A DNA stretch of 64,000 nucleotides from Limnothrix sp. BL-A-16 (GCA_041937175.2 CP166615.1:1568001-1632000); one strand, 5' to 3'; counted from the first letter of the stretch, positions 10,976 through 22,653 are shown. Numbers and translations are program-made. Notes: generated from the sequence alone by a model not told the origin.

Positions 10976-12370
10976 TTAACGGCGCTCACTCAAAAAGGCG
11001 ACACATTCCACATGGGGCGTTTGGGGGAAAAAGTCCGCTGGCTGCACCCGATCGAGCTGATATTGTCCCTGTTCACAGAGCAGCTTCAAATCTCGGGCCA
11101 GGGTGGCCGGTTTGCAGCTCATGTAAACAATCCGTGCCGGGGCGATCGCCCGCAAGGCTTCAATCACGCCCGGCTCACAACCTTTTCGAGGCGGATCCAG
11201 CAACACCACATCCGGTTGCAGTCCCAATTGGGGCAGCAGATCCGCCACTTTCCCCACCTGAAATTCAACATTGGTGAGCTGGTTGCGTTCGGCGTTGTGG
11301 CGGGCTTGGGTGACGGCTTCCGCTTGGGCTTCCATCCCGATCGCCCGGCCGGCCCGCTGGGCCAAGGGCAGGGTCAGGGTTCCCACGCCGCAATAGGCAT
11401 CCACCAAAATTTCCCGGCCGGTCAGGGCCAGTTGTTGGTGCATGGTTTTCAGCAGCTCTTCGGTTTGGTCGGTGTTCACCTGAAAGAAGGTTTCCGGGCG
11501 AATTTCAAACACCAATCCATTCAGGTGTTCCTCCAGGGCCGGCCGCCCCAGAACGCAGCGGGTTTCGGGCCCAAAAATCACGTTGTTGCGCTGGGGCTGC
11601 TGGTTCACACAGACCCCCACTAATTGCGGAAATTGCTCGCGCCACAGTTCCGCCTGGGTGACCAAACCGGGCAGCGCTTCCCAGTCGCGCACCACCAGGG
11701 TGAGGAGCATTTCGCCCGTGCGCCGCCCAATCCGTAGGGCCAGATGACGCACCGTGCCCGTGTGGGTGGTTTCGTCGTAGGGTTCCCAACCGCTGGCGGT
11801 CAAGTCCTGTTTCACCTGTCGCAGCAGGGGATCGAGTCGATCGTCCTGCACGGGACATTGGTTCAGGTTCACGATTTTGTGGCTGCCCTTTTGGTAATAG
11901 CCCGCACGGATTTGATCATCGGGGCCGGGAGCCACGGGATAGGTGGCTTTGTTGCGGTAGGCCAAGGGGGCCGCGGCGGCCAAAATGGGCAAAACGGGCG
12001 GTTCTTCAAAGCCGCCAAGCCGAGTGAGGGCCTGTTCCACCTGTCGCTGTTTGGCCAGCAGTTGGGATCCATAGGCCACATGCTGCCATTGGCAACCGCC
12101 GCACTTGTCCGCCACGATGCAGCCGGGTCGGACGCGATCGGGCGAAGGATCCAGAATCGACAAAATTTTGGCCCGGGCAAAGGTGGGCTTTACCTGCAAG
12201 AGCCGCACCGATAGGTAGTCACCCGGGACGGTTTCCGGCACAAACACCACCCGATCGGCCCAACGGCCCACGCCATCCCCCGAGTCGGCCAGGTCGGTAA
12301 TTTCCAGCTCGATCGCCGCCCCCTGTTTCCATTCCGGTTGGCTCATCTGATTGTCAAGGGTGGTGGTCAT
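10976..12370 (-). CDS. rlmD: 23S rRNA (uracil-1939-C5)-methyltransferase
   Basis: TRAM domain, CGGCQWQ Fe-S motif, FFQVN, DPPRKG, DFFPQTPHVE. Confidence 0.93.
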   Translation of the reverse strand: MTTTLDNQMSQPEWKQGAAIELEITDLADSGDGVGRWADRVVFVPETVPGDYLSVRLLQVKPTFARAKILSILDPSPDRVRPGCIVADKCGGCQWQHVAYGSQLLAKQRQVEQALTRLGGFEEPPVLPILAAAAPLAYRNKATYPVAPGPDDQIRAGYYQKGSHKIVNLNQCPVQDDRLDPLLRQVKQDLTASGWEPYDETTHTGTVRHLALRIGRRTGEMLLTLVVRDWEALPGLVTQAELWREQFPQLVGVCVNQQPQRNNVIFGPETRCVLGRPALEEHLNGLVFEIRPETFFQVNTDQTEELLKTMHQQLALTGREILVDAYCGVGTLTLPLAQRAGRAIGMEAQAEAVTQARHNAERNQLTNVEFQVGKVADLLPQLGLQPDVVLLDPPRKGCEPGVIEALRAIAPARIVYMSCKPATLARDLKLLCEQGQYQLDRVQPADFFPQTPHVECVAFLSERR

Positions 12371-12628
12371 GGCTCGATCGGCCTCAATCTCAATAGCGTG
12401 CAACGGCGGGCCAATGCGGTTGAGTGGCGTTGTGGGCCCTGGGCCTCCGGTCGATCGTGCCCTTGTACCTTGGCGACGGGAAACCGAACCGGCCCGGCGC
12501 AAAGGTGCGGTGATACGATGGAGGCGCGCCACAGCTCGATCGCGTCATGACGCTCGATCGGGCGATCGCCACCGGCCAACTGCATTGGCCCCCATTATCT
12601 CGCCTAGTACGCCACCCGATCGCCTGCC

Positions 12629-15433
12629 ATGTTGAAAGCTCTGCTGGGAGACCCCAACGCCCGCAAACTCAAGCGGTTCCAACCCGACGTGGTGGAAGTC
12701 AACCTCCTTGAAGAGGACATCGCGAAGCTGTCGGACGACGAACTCAGGGGCAAAACCGCCGAATTTCGCCAAAAACTGGCCCAAGCCCGCAACGACAGCG
12801 AACGCAAGGAACTGCTAGACGACATCCTGCCCGAAGCCTTCGCTGTGGTTCGCGAAGCGGGCAAGCGGGTGTTGGGAATGCGCCACTTTGATGTGCAACT
12901 CCTGGGCGGCATTGTGCTGCACAACGGGCAAATTGCAGAAATGAAAACCGGGGAAGGGAAAACCCTGGTGGCCACCCTGCCGTCCTATCTGAATGCCCTC
13001 ACGGGCCGCGGGGTGCATGTGGTGACGGTAAACGATTACTTGGCCCGCCGGGATGCGGAGTGGATGGGCCAGGTGCATCGGTTCCTGGGCCTGTCCGTGG
13101 GGCTGATTCAGCAGGGCATGAGTCCCGAAGAGCGCCGCCGGAACTATGCCTGCGACATCACCTACGCCACCAACAGTGAGCTAGGGTTTGATTATCTGCG
13201 CGACAACATGGCCACCACCATCAACGAAGTGGTGCAGCGGCCCTTTAACTATTGCGTGATTGACGAAGTGGATTCGGTGCTGGTTGATGAGGCCCGCACC
13301 CCGTTGATCATTTCTGGCCAGGTCGATCGCCCCACCGAAAAATATCTGACCGCCGATGAGCTGGTGCGGCAACTGGTGCGCGATGACCACTACGAAGTGG
13401 ACGAAAAAGCCCGCAACGTGATCATGAGCGATGAGGGGTTCATCGCCGCCGAGCAAATGTTGGGGGTTACGGATCTGTTTGATTCGGAAGATCCCTGGGC
13501 CCACTACATCTTCAACGCCCTGAAGGCCAAAGAACTCTACCTGCGGGATGTGAACTACATCGTGCGGGCCGGGGAAGTGGTGATTGTGGATGAATTCACC
13601 GGGCGGGTGATGCCGGGTCGCCGCTGGAGCGACGGCTTGCACCAGGCGATCGAAGCCAAGGAGCGGGTGGAAATCCAAAACGAAACCCAAACCCTCGCTT
13701 CCATCACCTACCAAAACTTCTTCCTGCTCTATCCCAAACTGGCGGGCATGACCGGCACGGCCAAAACCGAAGAGGCCGAGTTTGAGAAGATCTACAACCT
13801 GGAAGTGACGATCATTCCCACCAACCGCACCAACTCGCGGAAGAACTACTCGGATGTGGTTTACAAAACCGAGGTGGCCAAGTGGAAGGCCGTGGCCGAA
13901 GAGTGCTTGGAAATGCACGAAATGGGTCGTCCCGTGTTGGTGGGAACCACGAGCGTTGAAAAGTCGGAATTGCTGTCGGAATTGCTGGCAGAGCGCAATA
14001 TTCCCCACAACCTGCTGAACGCCAAGCCGGAAAACGTGGAGCGGGAGTCGGAAATCGTGGCCCAGGCGGGGCGGCGCGGAGCCGTGACGATCGCCACGAA
14101 CATGGCCGGTCGCGGCACGGACATCATCTTGGGCGGGAACGCGGACTACATGGCCCGGCTGAAGGTGCGGGAATATCTGATGCCCAAGTTGGTGCGCCTG
14201 GAAGAAGAGGATGAGTTTGAAGTGATGCAGGTGGCGGGCCTGAGCGGCCGGCAAAAGGCCCAGGGCTTTGGCAACTCGGGCAAGAAGCGCAAAACCTGGC
14301 AAGCGGCTCCGGAAATTTTCCCCACCCCGATTACGGCCGAGGCGGAAAAGATGCTGAAGGATGCGGTGACCTTCGCGGTCAAGACCTATGGCGAGCGATC
14401 GCTCCCGGAGCTAGAAGCCGAAGAACTGTTGGCGATCGCCTCGGAAAAGGCCCCCACCGATAATGAGGTGGTGCAAGGCCTGCGGGAAGCCTACAACCAA
14501 ATTCGCCGGGAATATGAGGCTTTCACCGACAGCGAGCATGAAGAGGTGATCCAACTGGGTGGCCTGCATGTGATCGGGACGGAGCGCCACGAATCGCGCC
14601 GGATTGATAACCAGTTGCGCGGGCGGGCCGGTCGCCAGGGTGACCCCGGTTCCACTCGGTTTTTCCTGAGCTTGGAAGATAACCTGCTGCGGATCTTTGG
14701 GGGCGATCGGGTGGCTGGCCTGATGCAAATGTTCCGTGTGGAAGAGGACATGCCGATCGAGTCGGGAATGCTGACCCGATCGCTCGAAGGGGCCCAACGA
14801 AAGGTCGAAACCTATTACTACGACATCCGGAAGCAGGTTTTTGAATACGACGAGGTGATGAATAACCAACGTCGCGCCATCTATGCCGAGCGTCGCCGCG
14901 TCCTCGAAGGGGAAGACCTGAAAGAGCGGGTGATTGAATATGCCGAGCGGACAATGTTCGACATTGTGGATGCCTATGTGAACCCCGATTTGCCAGCGGA
15001 GGAATGGAATCTGGAGAAGATGGTGGACAAGGTAAAAGAATTTGTCAGCACCATCCAAGACCTGACTCCCCAACAGATTGAGGATTTCAACCCCACGGAA
15101 ATCAAGACCTTCTTGGCCGAGCAGGTGCGGATTGCCTACGACATCAAGGAAGGGCAAATCGACAGCCTGCGCCCCGGCTTGATGCGGGACGCGGAACGCT
15201 ATTTCATCCTTCAGCAAATTGACACCCTCTGGCGCGAGCACCTGCAACAGATGGATGCGCTGCGGGAAACAGTGGGTCTGCGCGGCTACGGCCAGAAGGA
15301 TCCGCTGGTGGAATACAAGAGCGAAGGCTATGAACTCTTCTTGGACATGATGACCAACATGCGCCGGAACGTGGTTTATTCCCTGTTCCAATTCCAACCG
15401 CAAGTCCAGGAGCGCGAACCGGAAACGGTTTAG
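12629..15433 (+). CDS. secA: Preprotein translocase subunit SecA
   Basis: [23 protein letters not shown] and [10 protein letters not shown] motifs. Confidence 0.99.
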   Translation: MLKALLGDPNARKLKRFQPDVVEVNLLEEDIAKLSDDELRGKTAEFRQKLAQARNDSERKELLDDILPEAFAVVREAGKRVLGMRHFDVQLLGGIVLHNGQIAEMKTGEGKTLVATLPSYLNALTGRGVHVVTVNDYLARRDAEWMGQVHRFLGLSVGLIQQGMSPEERRRNYACDITYATNSELGFDYLRDNMATTINEVVQRPFNYCVIDEVDSVLVDEARTPLIISGQVDRPTEKYLTADELVRQLVRDDHYEVDEKARNVIMSDEGFIAAEQMLGVTDLFDSEDPWAHYIFNALKAKELYLRDVNYIVRAGEVVIVDEFTGRVMPGRRWSDGLHQAIEAKERVEIQNETQTLASITYQNFFLLYPKLAGMTGTAKTEEAEFEKIYNLEVTIIPTNRTNSRKNYSDVVYKTEVAKWKAVAEECLEMHEMGRPVLVGTTSVEKSELLSELLAERNIPHNLLNAKPENVERESEIVAQAGRRGAVTIATNMAGRGTDIILGGNADYMARLKVREYLMPKLVRLEEEDEFEVMQVAGLSGRQKAQGFGNSGKKRKTWQAAPEIFPTPITAEAEKMLKDAVTFAVKTYGERSLPELEAEELLAIASEKAPTDNEVVQGLREAYNQIRREYEAFTDSEHEEVIQLGGLHVIGTERHESRRIDNQLRGRAGRQGDPGSTRFFLSLEDNLLRIFGGDRVAGLMQMFRVEEDMPIESGMLTRSLEGAQRKVETYYYDIRKQVFEYDEVMNNQRRAIYAERRRVLEGEDLKERVIEYAERTMFDIVDAYVNPDLPAEEWNLEKMVDKVKEFVSTIQDLTPQQIEDFNPTEIKTFLAEQVRIAYDIKEGQIDSLRPGLMRDAERYFILQQIDTLWREHLQQMDALRETVGLRGYGQKDPLVEYKSEGYELFLDMMTNMRRNVVYSLFQFQPQVQEREPETV

Positions 15434-15452
15434 GGCAGATTTCGACAGCCCC

Positions 15453-15603
15453 AGAGGATATCTGAGGAGTCGCTTGGGGCGCTTGCAAAACACCAGTCGT
15501 CGTTTAGGCAAGGGGCTTAAGCCCCTTGTCTGTGTTGACCGCTTGTCTGTGTTGATCAATCGAGATTCACAAGGTTGCCGTTTTGGCTGTGCAGATATCC
15601 TCT
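15453..15603. mobile_element. MITE-like element family B, diverged copy
   Basis: Terminal IR AGAGGATATCTG...CAGATATCCTCT enclosing the palindrome CAAGGGGCTTAAGCCCCTTG at 15509-15528. Confidence 0.65.
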
Positions 15604-16883
15604 CAAGGCGACTGCTTAAGGTCGATCGAGAGCTGCGCGATCTCGGGTGGGGGCGGAACCACCTTCACCTCCAACCAACCATCGGCCAACTGAATTCGGA
15701 GCCGATCGCCCGGTTGGGTTTGGGCCGCCCGCCGGACGATCGCCCCTTGATCATCACGCACCAAGCTATAGCCCCGTTGCAACACTTGGTGTGGATCCAG
15801 CGATCGGAGGGTCTGGTTCAGGGCCCGTTGCCGCTGCTGTTCCCGATCGAGTCGGTGTTGCATGGCCATGCAACACCGCCGCCGAAGATCAGTCAACCGC
15901 TCCGTTTCCCGCTGCCATTGACGATCGGGGCGCAGCCGTCCCAACCGTTGCTGGAGCAGATCCACCCGATCGAGTCGCCCTTGCAAGTAGCGATCCATGG
16001 CTAACTTCAGGCCCAAGGCCTGTTCCGCCCAGCGGTTACGCAACTCCACCAGGCTCGGCACGGCCCGTTCCGCTGCGGCCGTGGGCGTGTGGGCACACCA
16101 GTCCGCCACCTGATCGCAAAGGGACTGATCCCGTTGGTGACCAATGCCGGTGATCACTGGAATCGGACAGTCTGCCAGGGTTCGCACCAGTTGCTCATCG
16201 TTGAAGCAGGACAAATCCTCCGTGGCCCCGCCGCCCCGGGCCAAAATCAGCAGATCGGCTCGACCATCCACCACCACTTGCGCGATCGCCCGGATCAGAC
16301 TGATCGGGGCCCGATCGCCCTGCACCAAAGCGGGCACAAACAACACCTGCAAACCGGGATGGCGCTGAAGCAAGGTGCGCTGGATGTCTCCCCAGGCCGC
16401 CGCCCGGGGAGACGTGATCACCGCCACGGTTTGGGGAAAAGCGGGCAGGGGCCGACGGCGATCGGGATCAAACAACCCTTCGGCGGCTAGGCGATCGTGC
16501 AGTTGTTGCATTCGCAGGGCCTGCAAACCTGCCCCGGCCGGCAACAGTTGCCAGGTCACTAGTTTCAGCTCGCCCCGTTTGGGCCAAAGCTGCAATTCTC
16601 CCAAGGCGATCACCTGCTGACCCGGTTCGGGCAAGCTCGCCAGTCGATCGACCTGACCTCGCCACACCACACAGCCGATCGCGGCCGTTGCCTCCCGATC
16701 GGTCAAGGTGAAATAGATGCCGCTGGGAAACGGCTTGGCACTGGACACCTCCCCAATCACCCAAACCCGATGAAACGCCGGTTCCGCCTCCACGCAATCC
16801 TTCAACCACTGGTTGAGGGTGGCCACTGACCAAGGTTCCGTGGCACTGCTGGGGGGCAACTCCGCAGCCCAATCTTCCGCCAT
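15603..16883 (-). CDS. xseA: Exodeoxyribonuclease VII large subunit
   Basis: OB fold (WVIGEVS), RGGG, GIGHQRD, TPTAAAE, LQRGYSLV. Confidence 0.95.
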   Translation of the reverse strand: MAEDWAAELPPSSATEPWSVATLNQWLKDCVEAEPAFHRVWVIGEVSSAKPFPSGIYFTLTDREATAAIGCVVWRGQVDRLASLPEPGQQVIALGELQLWPKRGELKLVTWQLLPAGAGLQALRMQQLHDRLAAEGLFDPDRRRPLPAFPQTVAVITSPRAAAWGDIQRTLLQRHPGLQVLFVPALVQGDRAPISLIRAIAQVVVDGRADLLILARGGGATEDLSCFNDEQLVRTLADCPIPVITGIGHQRDQSLCDQVADWCAHTPTAAAERAVPSLVELRNRWAEQALGLKLAMDRYLQGRLDRVDLLQQRLGRLRPDRQWQRETERLTDLRRRCCMAMQHRLDREQQRQRALNQTLRSLDPHQVLQRGYSLVRDDQGAIVRRAAQTQPGDRLRIQLADGWLEVKVVPPPPEIAQLSIDLKQSP

Positions 16884-16886
16884 GGC

Positions 16887-17468
16887 CTATGGCTCCTGGG
16901 GACGGGCCGCCAAAATCCGTTCCACCAAACCGCTGGTGCTGCTAGGCACTTCAATTTGCACCAGCTCAATGCGGCCACCTCCGGCAAAGACGGCCGGCGC
17001 TTCCGGCAAGGTTTCCACCCGATAATCGCCCCCTTTGGCATAGATGTCGGGTTGCAACGCTTCGATCAGCGCCGTGGCCGTGGGTTGCTCAAAAATCACC
17101 ACCGCCGCCACCGCCCGCAGCGCCAACAACACCTCCGCCCGCTGGGCTTGGGGCACGATCGGGCGAGGAGGGAAACCGGGCCGCGCTGGTTTCAAGCCCG
17201 CCACCGATTGATCGCTGTTCAATCCCACCACCAACGATCGCCCCAGTGCGCGCGCCGCGTTCAGGTAGCGCACATGGCCCGCATGGAGCAAATCAAAACA
17301 GCCATTGGTGAACACCAACGGTCGCCAGCGATCGGGATTCTGGGCGATCGCCCGTTGCAGTCCTGCCAAATCGCTCACCATTGAGGGCAACTCGGATTCT
17401 TCCATCAGGCTCGGAGCTACCAGGGCGATCGACTGAGCGGCATCTTCAACGGCTAAGGGGGCGGTCAT
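16887..17468 (-). CDS. RfaE domain II-like adenylyl/cytidylyltransferase
   Basis: FTNGCFDLLHAGHVRYL, GLNSDQS, KGGDY. Confidence 0.88.
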   Translation of the reverse strand: MTAPLAVEDAAQSIALVAPSLMEESELPSMVSDLAGLQRAIAQNPDRWRPLVFTNGCFDLLHAGHVRYLNAARALGRSLVVGLNSDQSVAGLKPARPGFPPRPIVPQAQRAEVLLALRAVAAVVIFEQPTATALIEALQPDIYAKGGDYRVETLPEAPAVFAGGGRIELVQIEVPSSTSGLVERILAARPQEP

Positions 17469-17507
17469 GGGGAGAATTTCGGGGCTTAATTTCAGGATTT
17501 GATCGTT

Positions 17508-17653
17508 AGAGGATGTCTGAGAAGTATCTTTTGGCCTGTGCCAAACACCAATAGTTGTGGGCAATAGTTGTGGGGGCAAGGGGCTTAAGCCCCTTGTCTA
17601 CGTCGATCACTGGAGCGTACAGAGTAGCAATTTTGGCTTTTCAGACATCTTCT
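17508..17653. mobile_element. MITE-like element family B
   Basis: AGAGGATGTCTGAGAA...TTTTCAGACATCTTCT terminal IRs; palindrome at 17577-17596; closely matches 56566-56703. Confidence 0.75.
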
Positions 17654-17714
17654 TAGGAGATTGGTTGCAAATCAGTGGTTGGAAGTCAGTCGCTTTCAAG
17701 CACTTGCAAGCCAC

Positions 17715-18548
17715 CTAACTTTCCTGCTTCACGGCACTTTCATGCCAATCTTTGAGAAGGGCATCGGACAGGGCCGAAAGACCCACAAAAATCACAATCC
17801 CCAAGCCCGTCACCAATAACAATGCTGCAAACATTTTCGGAATTTGCAGATTGTAACTGGCAATCAGAATTTGATAGGCAATTCCCGATTTTGCGCCACC
17901 GGTTCCGGCCACAAATTCCGCCACCACGGCCCCAATGAGTGACAGGCCACCGCTGATTCGTAAGCCCCCTAAAAAGTAGGGCAACGCGCTGGGTAACCGG
18001 AGATAAATCAATCGTTGCCAGGGATTGGTGTTATAGAGCTTGAAGAGATTAGTTAGGTTGCGATCGACGCTGTTTAGCCCCAAGGTGGTGTTAGCGACAA
18101 CTGGAAAAAAGGCCGCAATCCAGGCACAAAGTACCAATGCGCCTAGAGTATTATCCTTGAGCCAAATCACAATCAGCGGCGCGATCGCCACCAAGGGTGT
18201 GGTTTGCAAAATCACCGCATAGGGAAACAGGCTTCGTTCAATCCACTTGTTCACCGTAAACAGCACGGAAATCCCTAGGCCAGAAACCGCCGCCGCAAAA
18301 AATGCAATGACCGTAATTTGCAACGTCACCATCAAGGAAGAAAACAGCTCATTCCAGTTTTCAAAGAGGGTTTGCAACACCAAACCAGGCCGAGGGAGTA
18401 GATAGGGTGGCAGTCCGGTGATTTGGACAAATAAATCCCAAGCCAACAGAAAAGCCAATCCCACCCCCAAGGGGGCCAACACGTCGGCGGAAAAAACACG
18501 TTGAATGAGCGATCGCTTGGGAACGAGGGAAGAACGACTGCGATTCAT
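17715..18548 (-). CDS. NitT/TauT family ABC transporter permease
   Basis: Multiple TM segments; LRLPSALPY and GAVVAEF motifs. Confidence 0.9.
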   Translation of the reverse strand: MNRSRSSLVPKRSLIQRVFSADVLAPLGVGLAFLLAWDLFVQITGLPPYLLPRPGLVLQTLFENWNELFSSLMVTLQITVIAFFAAAVSGLGISVLFTVNKWIERSLFPYAVILQTTPLVAIAPLIVIWLKDNTLGALVLCAWIAAFFPVVANTTLGLNSVDRNLTNLFKLYNTNPWQRLIYLRLPSALPYFLGGLRISGGLSLIGAVVAEFVAGTGGAKSGIAYQILIASYNLQIPKMFAALLLVTGLGIVIFVGLSALSDALLKDWHESAVKQES

Positions 18549-18814
18549 AGGCCTTAAATTGCGGGAATAATTCAGAAGATTCAGGATCAGGAAGGAATGC
18601 TCAAAACCGATCTTTCAGCGGTTTTTCAGCAGTTCTCAAGCAGTTTTTAAGGGGTCGCTGGGCGGTTCTGGAATAATTTTAGGGAGTTTTCCAGCCATTC
18701 AAAACCGGAATTTTGCAATCCAAGCTCAGTCAATGCTCAGTTGATTTTGAGTAAATTTGGGTAAATTGGGGCAAATTCGCAAAATTGACATTTGCACCAT
18801 TCCCATTGACACCC

Positions 18815-19630
18815 TTACAAAGGAACCGTCGCACCCATTCCGAGGGCCAACGCTTCCGCCAATTGATAGCGATATTGACCAAAAGTTGGAGATTGACGAA
18901 ACGTTTCCGATCGGGGATAGGGTTCGGGAATATCCAGCTCCGTGACGATCCGCCCGGGATTAACCCCCATTACTGCCACCCGCGTTGATAGATAAACCGC
19001 TTCATAGATGTTGTGGGTGACAAAAGCGATCGTCCAGCGCTTTTGATGCCACAGGTTCATCACGTCTTCGTTCAGTTTGTTGCGGGTAATTTCATCCAGG
19101 GCCCCAAAGGGTTCATCCATCAACAACACCTTGGGTTGGGTGACGATCGCCCGGGCAATCGAAACCCGCATTTTCATCCCGCCGGATAGTTGCCGGGGAA
19201 AGGATTTTTCAAACCCCTGTAGCCCCACCAGCTCGATCGCCTCCGCCACACGGTCTTCGCTGGCCGATCGGGAAATTCCCGCCAACTTCAACGGCAACCG
19301 AATATTTTCTTGCACTGTCGCCCAAGGCAACAAGGCAGCATCTTGGAACACAAAGGCCAAATTCCGGCGAGCGTCTGGCATCTGCCAAGTCAAATCACCT
19401 TGGGTGGGGCTGCTCAGACCCGCAATCAAGCTCAAAATGGTGCTTTTCCCACAACCGGAGGGCCCCACCAAGCTCAAAAACTCACCCTCGTGGATCGTGA
19501 GGGATACGTCTTGCAGGGCAACGGTTCCCGTGGAAAAAGCCTTGGTGACGTTGCTCAGGGAAATGGCGGGTTGCAAGGTCGATCGCGCTGGAGGAAGGGT
19601 GGAACTCACGGGGCAGGCACTCAAAAACAA
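18815..19630 (-). CDS. NitT/TauT family ABC transporter ATP-binding protein (start uncertain)
   Basis: GPSGCGKS, LSGGMKMR, DEPFGALD. Confidence 0.93.
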   Translation of the reverse strand: MFLSACPVSSTLPPARSTLQPAISLSNVTKAFSTGTVALQDVSLTIHEGEFLSLVGPSGCGKSTILSLIAGLSSPTQGDLTWQMPDARRNLAFVFQDAALLPWATVQENIRLPLKLAGISRSASEDRVAEAIELVGLQGFEKSFPRQLSGGMKMRVSIARAIVTQPKVLLMDEPFGALDEITRNKLNEDVMNLWHQKRWTIAFVTHNIYEAVYLSTRVAVMGVNPGRIVTELDIPEPYPRSETFRQSPTFGQYRYQLAEALALGMGATVPL

Positions 19631-19789
19631 ACTTCAGCGCTGTTAACCAGCATGGTTGGCTCCTGCTGTTCACCGGAACGCGGCCAACGACCGTTCAGCA
19701 CGGCTGTTAACCATTGTAGCGGCTTGCTTTGACCCGTCTGGGAAGCGAAGGGGCGCGAATCGGTTCCTCCCGAACCACCCAAACTCCCC

Positions 19790-20782
19790 TTACCCGGCCG
19801 GTGGACGACGGGGCCGCGGTGGGCGCGGGGGCAACTCTTCGTAATCCACCACCACTTCATCGGGCAAATTAGCCCCGTCGAGTTTGACCGTGCGCGAGGG
19901 GGTGGGTCTGGGTCTGGGTGTCCTGGGGGCGATCGGTGCTGAATTGTCCGGCTTTGTGGCAGCGGGCGACGGTGAATCCGCCGCTGCATTGGCGGGAGCT
20001 ACGGGATCCTCACTGGGGGTGGGGGCAGAGGATGGGTTTTCCAGGGCCTGACGATATTTTTTGCGCACGTAAACGGGTTTGGAACCCTCAGCGGCAGGCT
20101 CGGGCAAGGGAGCGGGCGATGGTGCAGCTTGGTTCGGGGGCACACCGTCCGGCGGTTGACGATATTTTTTGCGCACATAAACCGGTTGCCCTGCACTTTG
20201 CCCCTCACTGCCTGTGGTGGTGCTCACCGGAGCGGGCGGCGCGGGAGCGGCGTTGGTCGGGGGTGGCGTTGAGCTGGGCGTTGGTTTGGAGGCTGGGTTG
20301 GGTGCTGGGTTGGGTGTTGGGGCCGGACTGCCGCCGGGCGATCGAGAAGCTCGCAGGTTGGCCAATTGGCCCTGGATCTGGATCCAAAGCACAATCCCAA
20401 AGCTGGTTAGGGATTGGCGGAAGGCTTGCCAACCGGTCAGGTTAGGCTGGCTGGGGCGAAAGAGATTCAGCAACCCGGCCCAGCGATCGAATTGAGGCAA
20501 CGCGGCAACGAGCACTTCATCGAGGGTCGATCGCGCCACTTGTTCGCGCAACACTAAGGTTTGCCACCCTTGCCAGGCCATCAGCCCCACCACCACCCCT
20601 TGGCTGAGCAGCACGGCCCCATGCAGTTGACCACTGCAAACCCACAAGACGAGGGCATAAAACAGGCCAAAGCTGCTCCAAATCACGTCACTACGCCGTG
20701 ACAGGATCGGAAACCGCAGGGCGATCGCGTAGAGCAACAGGCTCCCGATCGCCACTAAAATCGCCAATCCATACGCCAACAT
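19790..20782 (-). CDS. Ycf66 family protein with long Pro-rich tail
   Basis: N-terminal membrane domain (P.LSRRSD...GLFYALVLW); tail with duplicated PVYVRKKYRQ. Confidence 0.8.
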   Translation of the reverse strand: MLAYGLAILVAIGSLLLYAIALRFPILSRRSDVIWSSFGLFYALVLWVCSGQLHGAVLLSQGVVVGLMAWQGWQTLVLREQVARSTLDEVLVAALPQFDRWAGLLNLFRPSQPNLTGWQAFRQSLTSFGIVLWIQIQGQLANLRASRSPGGSPAPTPNPAPNPASKPTPSSTPPPTNAAPAPPAPVSTTTGSEGQSAGQPVYVRKKYRQPPDGVPPNQAAPSPAPLPEPAAEGSKPVYVRKKYRQALENPSSAPTPSEDPVAPANAAADSPSPAATKPDNSAPIAPRTPRPRPTPSRTVKLDGANLPDEVVVDYEELPPRPPRPRRPPAG

Positions 20783-20809
20783 CCCGTCTTTATTCCCCCG
20801 TGGATCACG

Positions 20810-21439
20810 CTAGAAACGATCGCTTTCTTGGGCCGGAACCACGCCGGGCTGATTCAAGAACAGGTTCCCCGCCGAATCGTTTTGATAAACACAGTCCACT
20901 CGGGGCTTGCTGTCAATGCTGCCGGTGAACGCAAAGGTGTTCATCCGGTTTTTGCATTCGGAAACCTGCTTATCTGTCACCACGCCCCGTTGTTGCAGCA
21001 CGGCCCAGTTGTTGCTGCGCATGACGCAACCGGGTTGCATTTCCGGCTGGGACACGTAAACACTGAAGGGGCTGAGGGTCACGAAAATGCGCGCATTCAT
21101 GGAAATGGCGCTGGCTCCAAATTGGGCGCAGAGTTCCGGATTGGGAGCCGCCCGATCGATAAATTCCCGCGAAGCCACGTTTTGCGGATCAACACTGGCC
21201 GAAGAGCTGAACCCAATGCCCACGCCCATCCCCAGGATGAACACGCCGGCCAAAATCGCCACCACCGTGTAGTTAAAGCCTTTTTTCTTGGGTGGTTCGG
21301 GCGATCGCCCTTCCGATCGCGGTTCGCGTTCCACGTCGCGCCCGGCTGACTCGCGAGCGCTTCCCCGATAATCACTGCGATAACTGTCGCGATCGCGGTA
21401 GGGATCGCGGGCGGGTTGCCGTTTGCGGTTCATAGCCAA
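20810..21439 (-). CDS. DUF3172 family protein
   Basis: NVASREFID...PNPELC.QFGASA...PGCV.R.NNW pattern. Confidence 0.8.
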   Translation of the reverse strand: MAMNRKRQPARDPYRDRDSYRSDYRGSARESAGRDVEREPRSEGRSPEPPKKKGFNYTVVAILAGVFILGMGVGIGFSSSASVDPQNVASREFIDRAAPNPELCAQFGASAISMNARIFVTLSPFSVYVSQPEMQPGCVMRSNNWAVLQQRGVVTDKQVSECKNRMNTFAFTGSIDSKPRVDCVYQNDSAGNLFLNQPGVVPAQESDRF

Positions 21440-21570
21440 TGGTTAATCACCGATAGGAATTTACTGATAATCAATCTGAATCTCAGTCTAGATTGATCCA
21501 GTCTGGATTGATGCATGGTTTGTCTATTTCATGGGGCCCCGATCGGGATCCCCAACCCTAAAATTTCAAT

Positions 21571-22474
21571 AGACCTCTTGCACGAATCAAATTGGATGCA
21601 TTGCCTGGTAGTTGAGCAACCCAGCTAACAGATGGAGCCTCAAGCCAAAACGGCGACGACGATTGCGATAGCGTCCTGAGAAAATCCGAAATCGCTTCAA
21701 GCGACGAATGGCATGCTCAATCCGAATGCGCACCGCAGCCAACGCCTGATTGCAAGCTTTTTCCACCTCCGGCAGAGACTTTCGAGGTGGTTTCCGTTTC
21801 GGGAGGATCGTGGCCTCATGGTGACGAGCTAGCCCTTGATACCCACTATCCGCTAGACACAGCCGGTCTGGAGCTAAACGAAAAGCACTCTCACGCCAAA
21901 GCCGCAGGTCATGGGTGCGACCTCGACCCATCGCCGCGGCCAGGAATTGACCGGAGCGCCAATCAATCACCAATTGCCCTTTCAGCGTATGTTGCTTCTG
22001 CTTGCCGCTGTAGTAAGCACGCTGTTTTTTTTGGGTCGTTCAATGGCGACTTCGGTCACATCAATCACCACTACTGACTCATCAGCCTCGGGGTCTAAGA
22101 GGCGGCGTTTGCCGGGCAACGCAAACCGACCACTTTTGACCAAGACAGTCTCAACGCGGTTGATGATCCGACAGACGGTCGCTTCTGAGACCCCGAAATC
22201 AAGACCGATATGGAATTGGGTGCGATACTCGCGCCAGTATTGCAGGGTCAGCAGGAGTTGATTCTCCACGCTGAGGCTATTTTGTCCACCGCGTTTGCCG
22301 CTACGGTCGAGGGCGGGACGGAGGACATCGAGCATGGCTTGGAAGGTAGAGCGACTGAAGCCACAAGCGCGGCGAAATTGCGATGGGGGAAGTGATGCAA
22401 GGTTTTCGTAGAGCATCTCCCAGGGATGGTGACGACGACTTTCTACATTACTCCTTTATTCGTGCAAGAGGTCT
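21571..22474 (-). mobile_element. IS5-family insertion sequence (ISL2-group-like), 904 bp
   Basis: Perfect IRs AGACCTCTTGCACGAAT / ATTCGTGCAAGAGGTCT; AAT repeated on both flanks (21568-70, 22475-77); two-frame transposase. Confidence 0.92.
21587..22416 (-). CDS. IS5-family transposase, OrfA/OrfB joined by frameshift at an A8 run (22025-22032)
   Basis: HTH plus IDVTE.AIERPKK in OrfA; LADSGYQG and RIRIEH in OrfB. Confidence 0.88.
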
Positions 22475-22653
22475 AATGAGTCTGGTATCTTGCAATCGAT
22501 CGCTTGCCTACGAAAAAGCGCCCCACCGATGGGACGCTCGTGTGCAGAGGAGCGATAGTCGATCGTTTTGATGAGTCACATGCGAGTCTAACATGGGAGC
22601 CAGACCCCTCTGGGCCGGGATGGTTAACCGGTTTGGGGGTTGGGTTAGGTTGC

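Noticed and set aside
12604..15559. Long antisense ORFs over secA, and similar ones over phosphoketolase, rlmD and nnr
   Set aside because: Shadow frames of GC-rich codon usage with no recognisable motifs.
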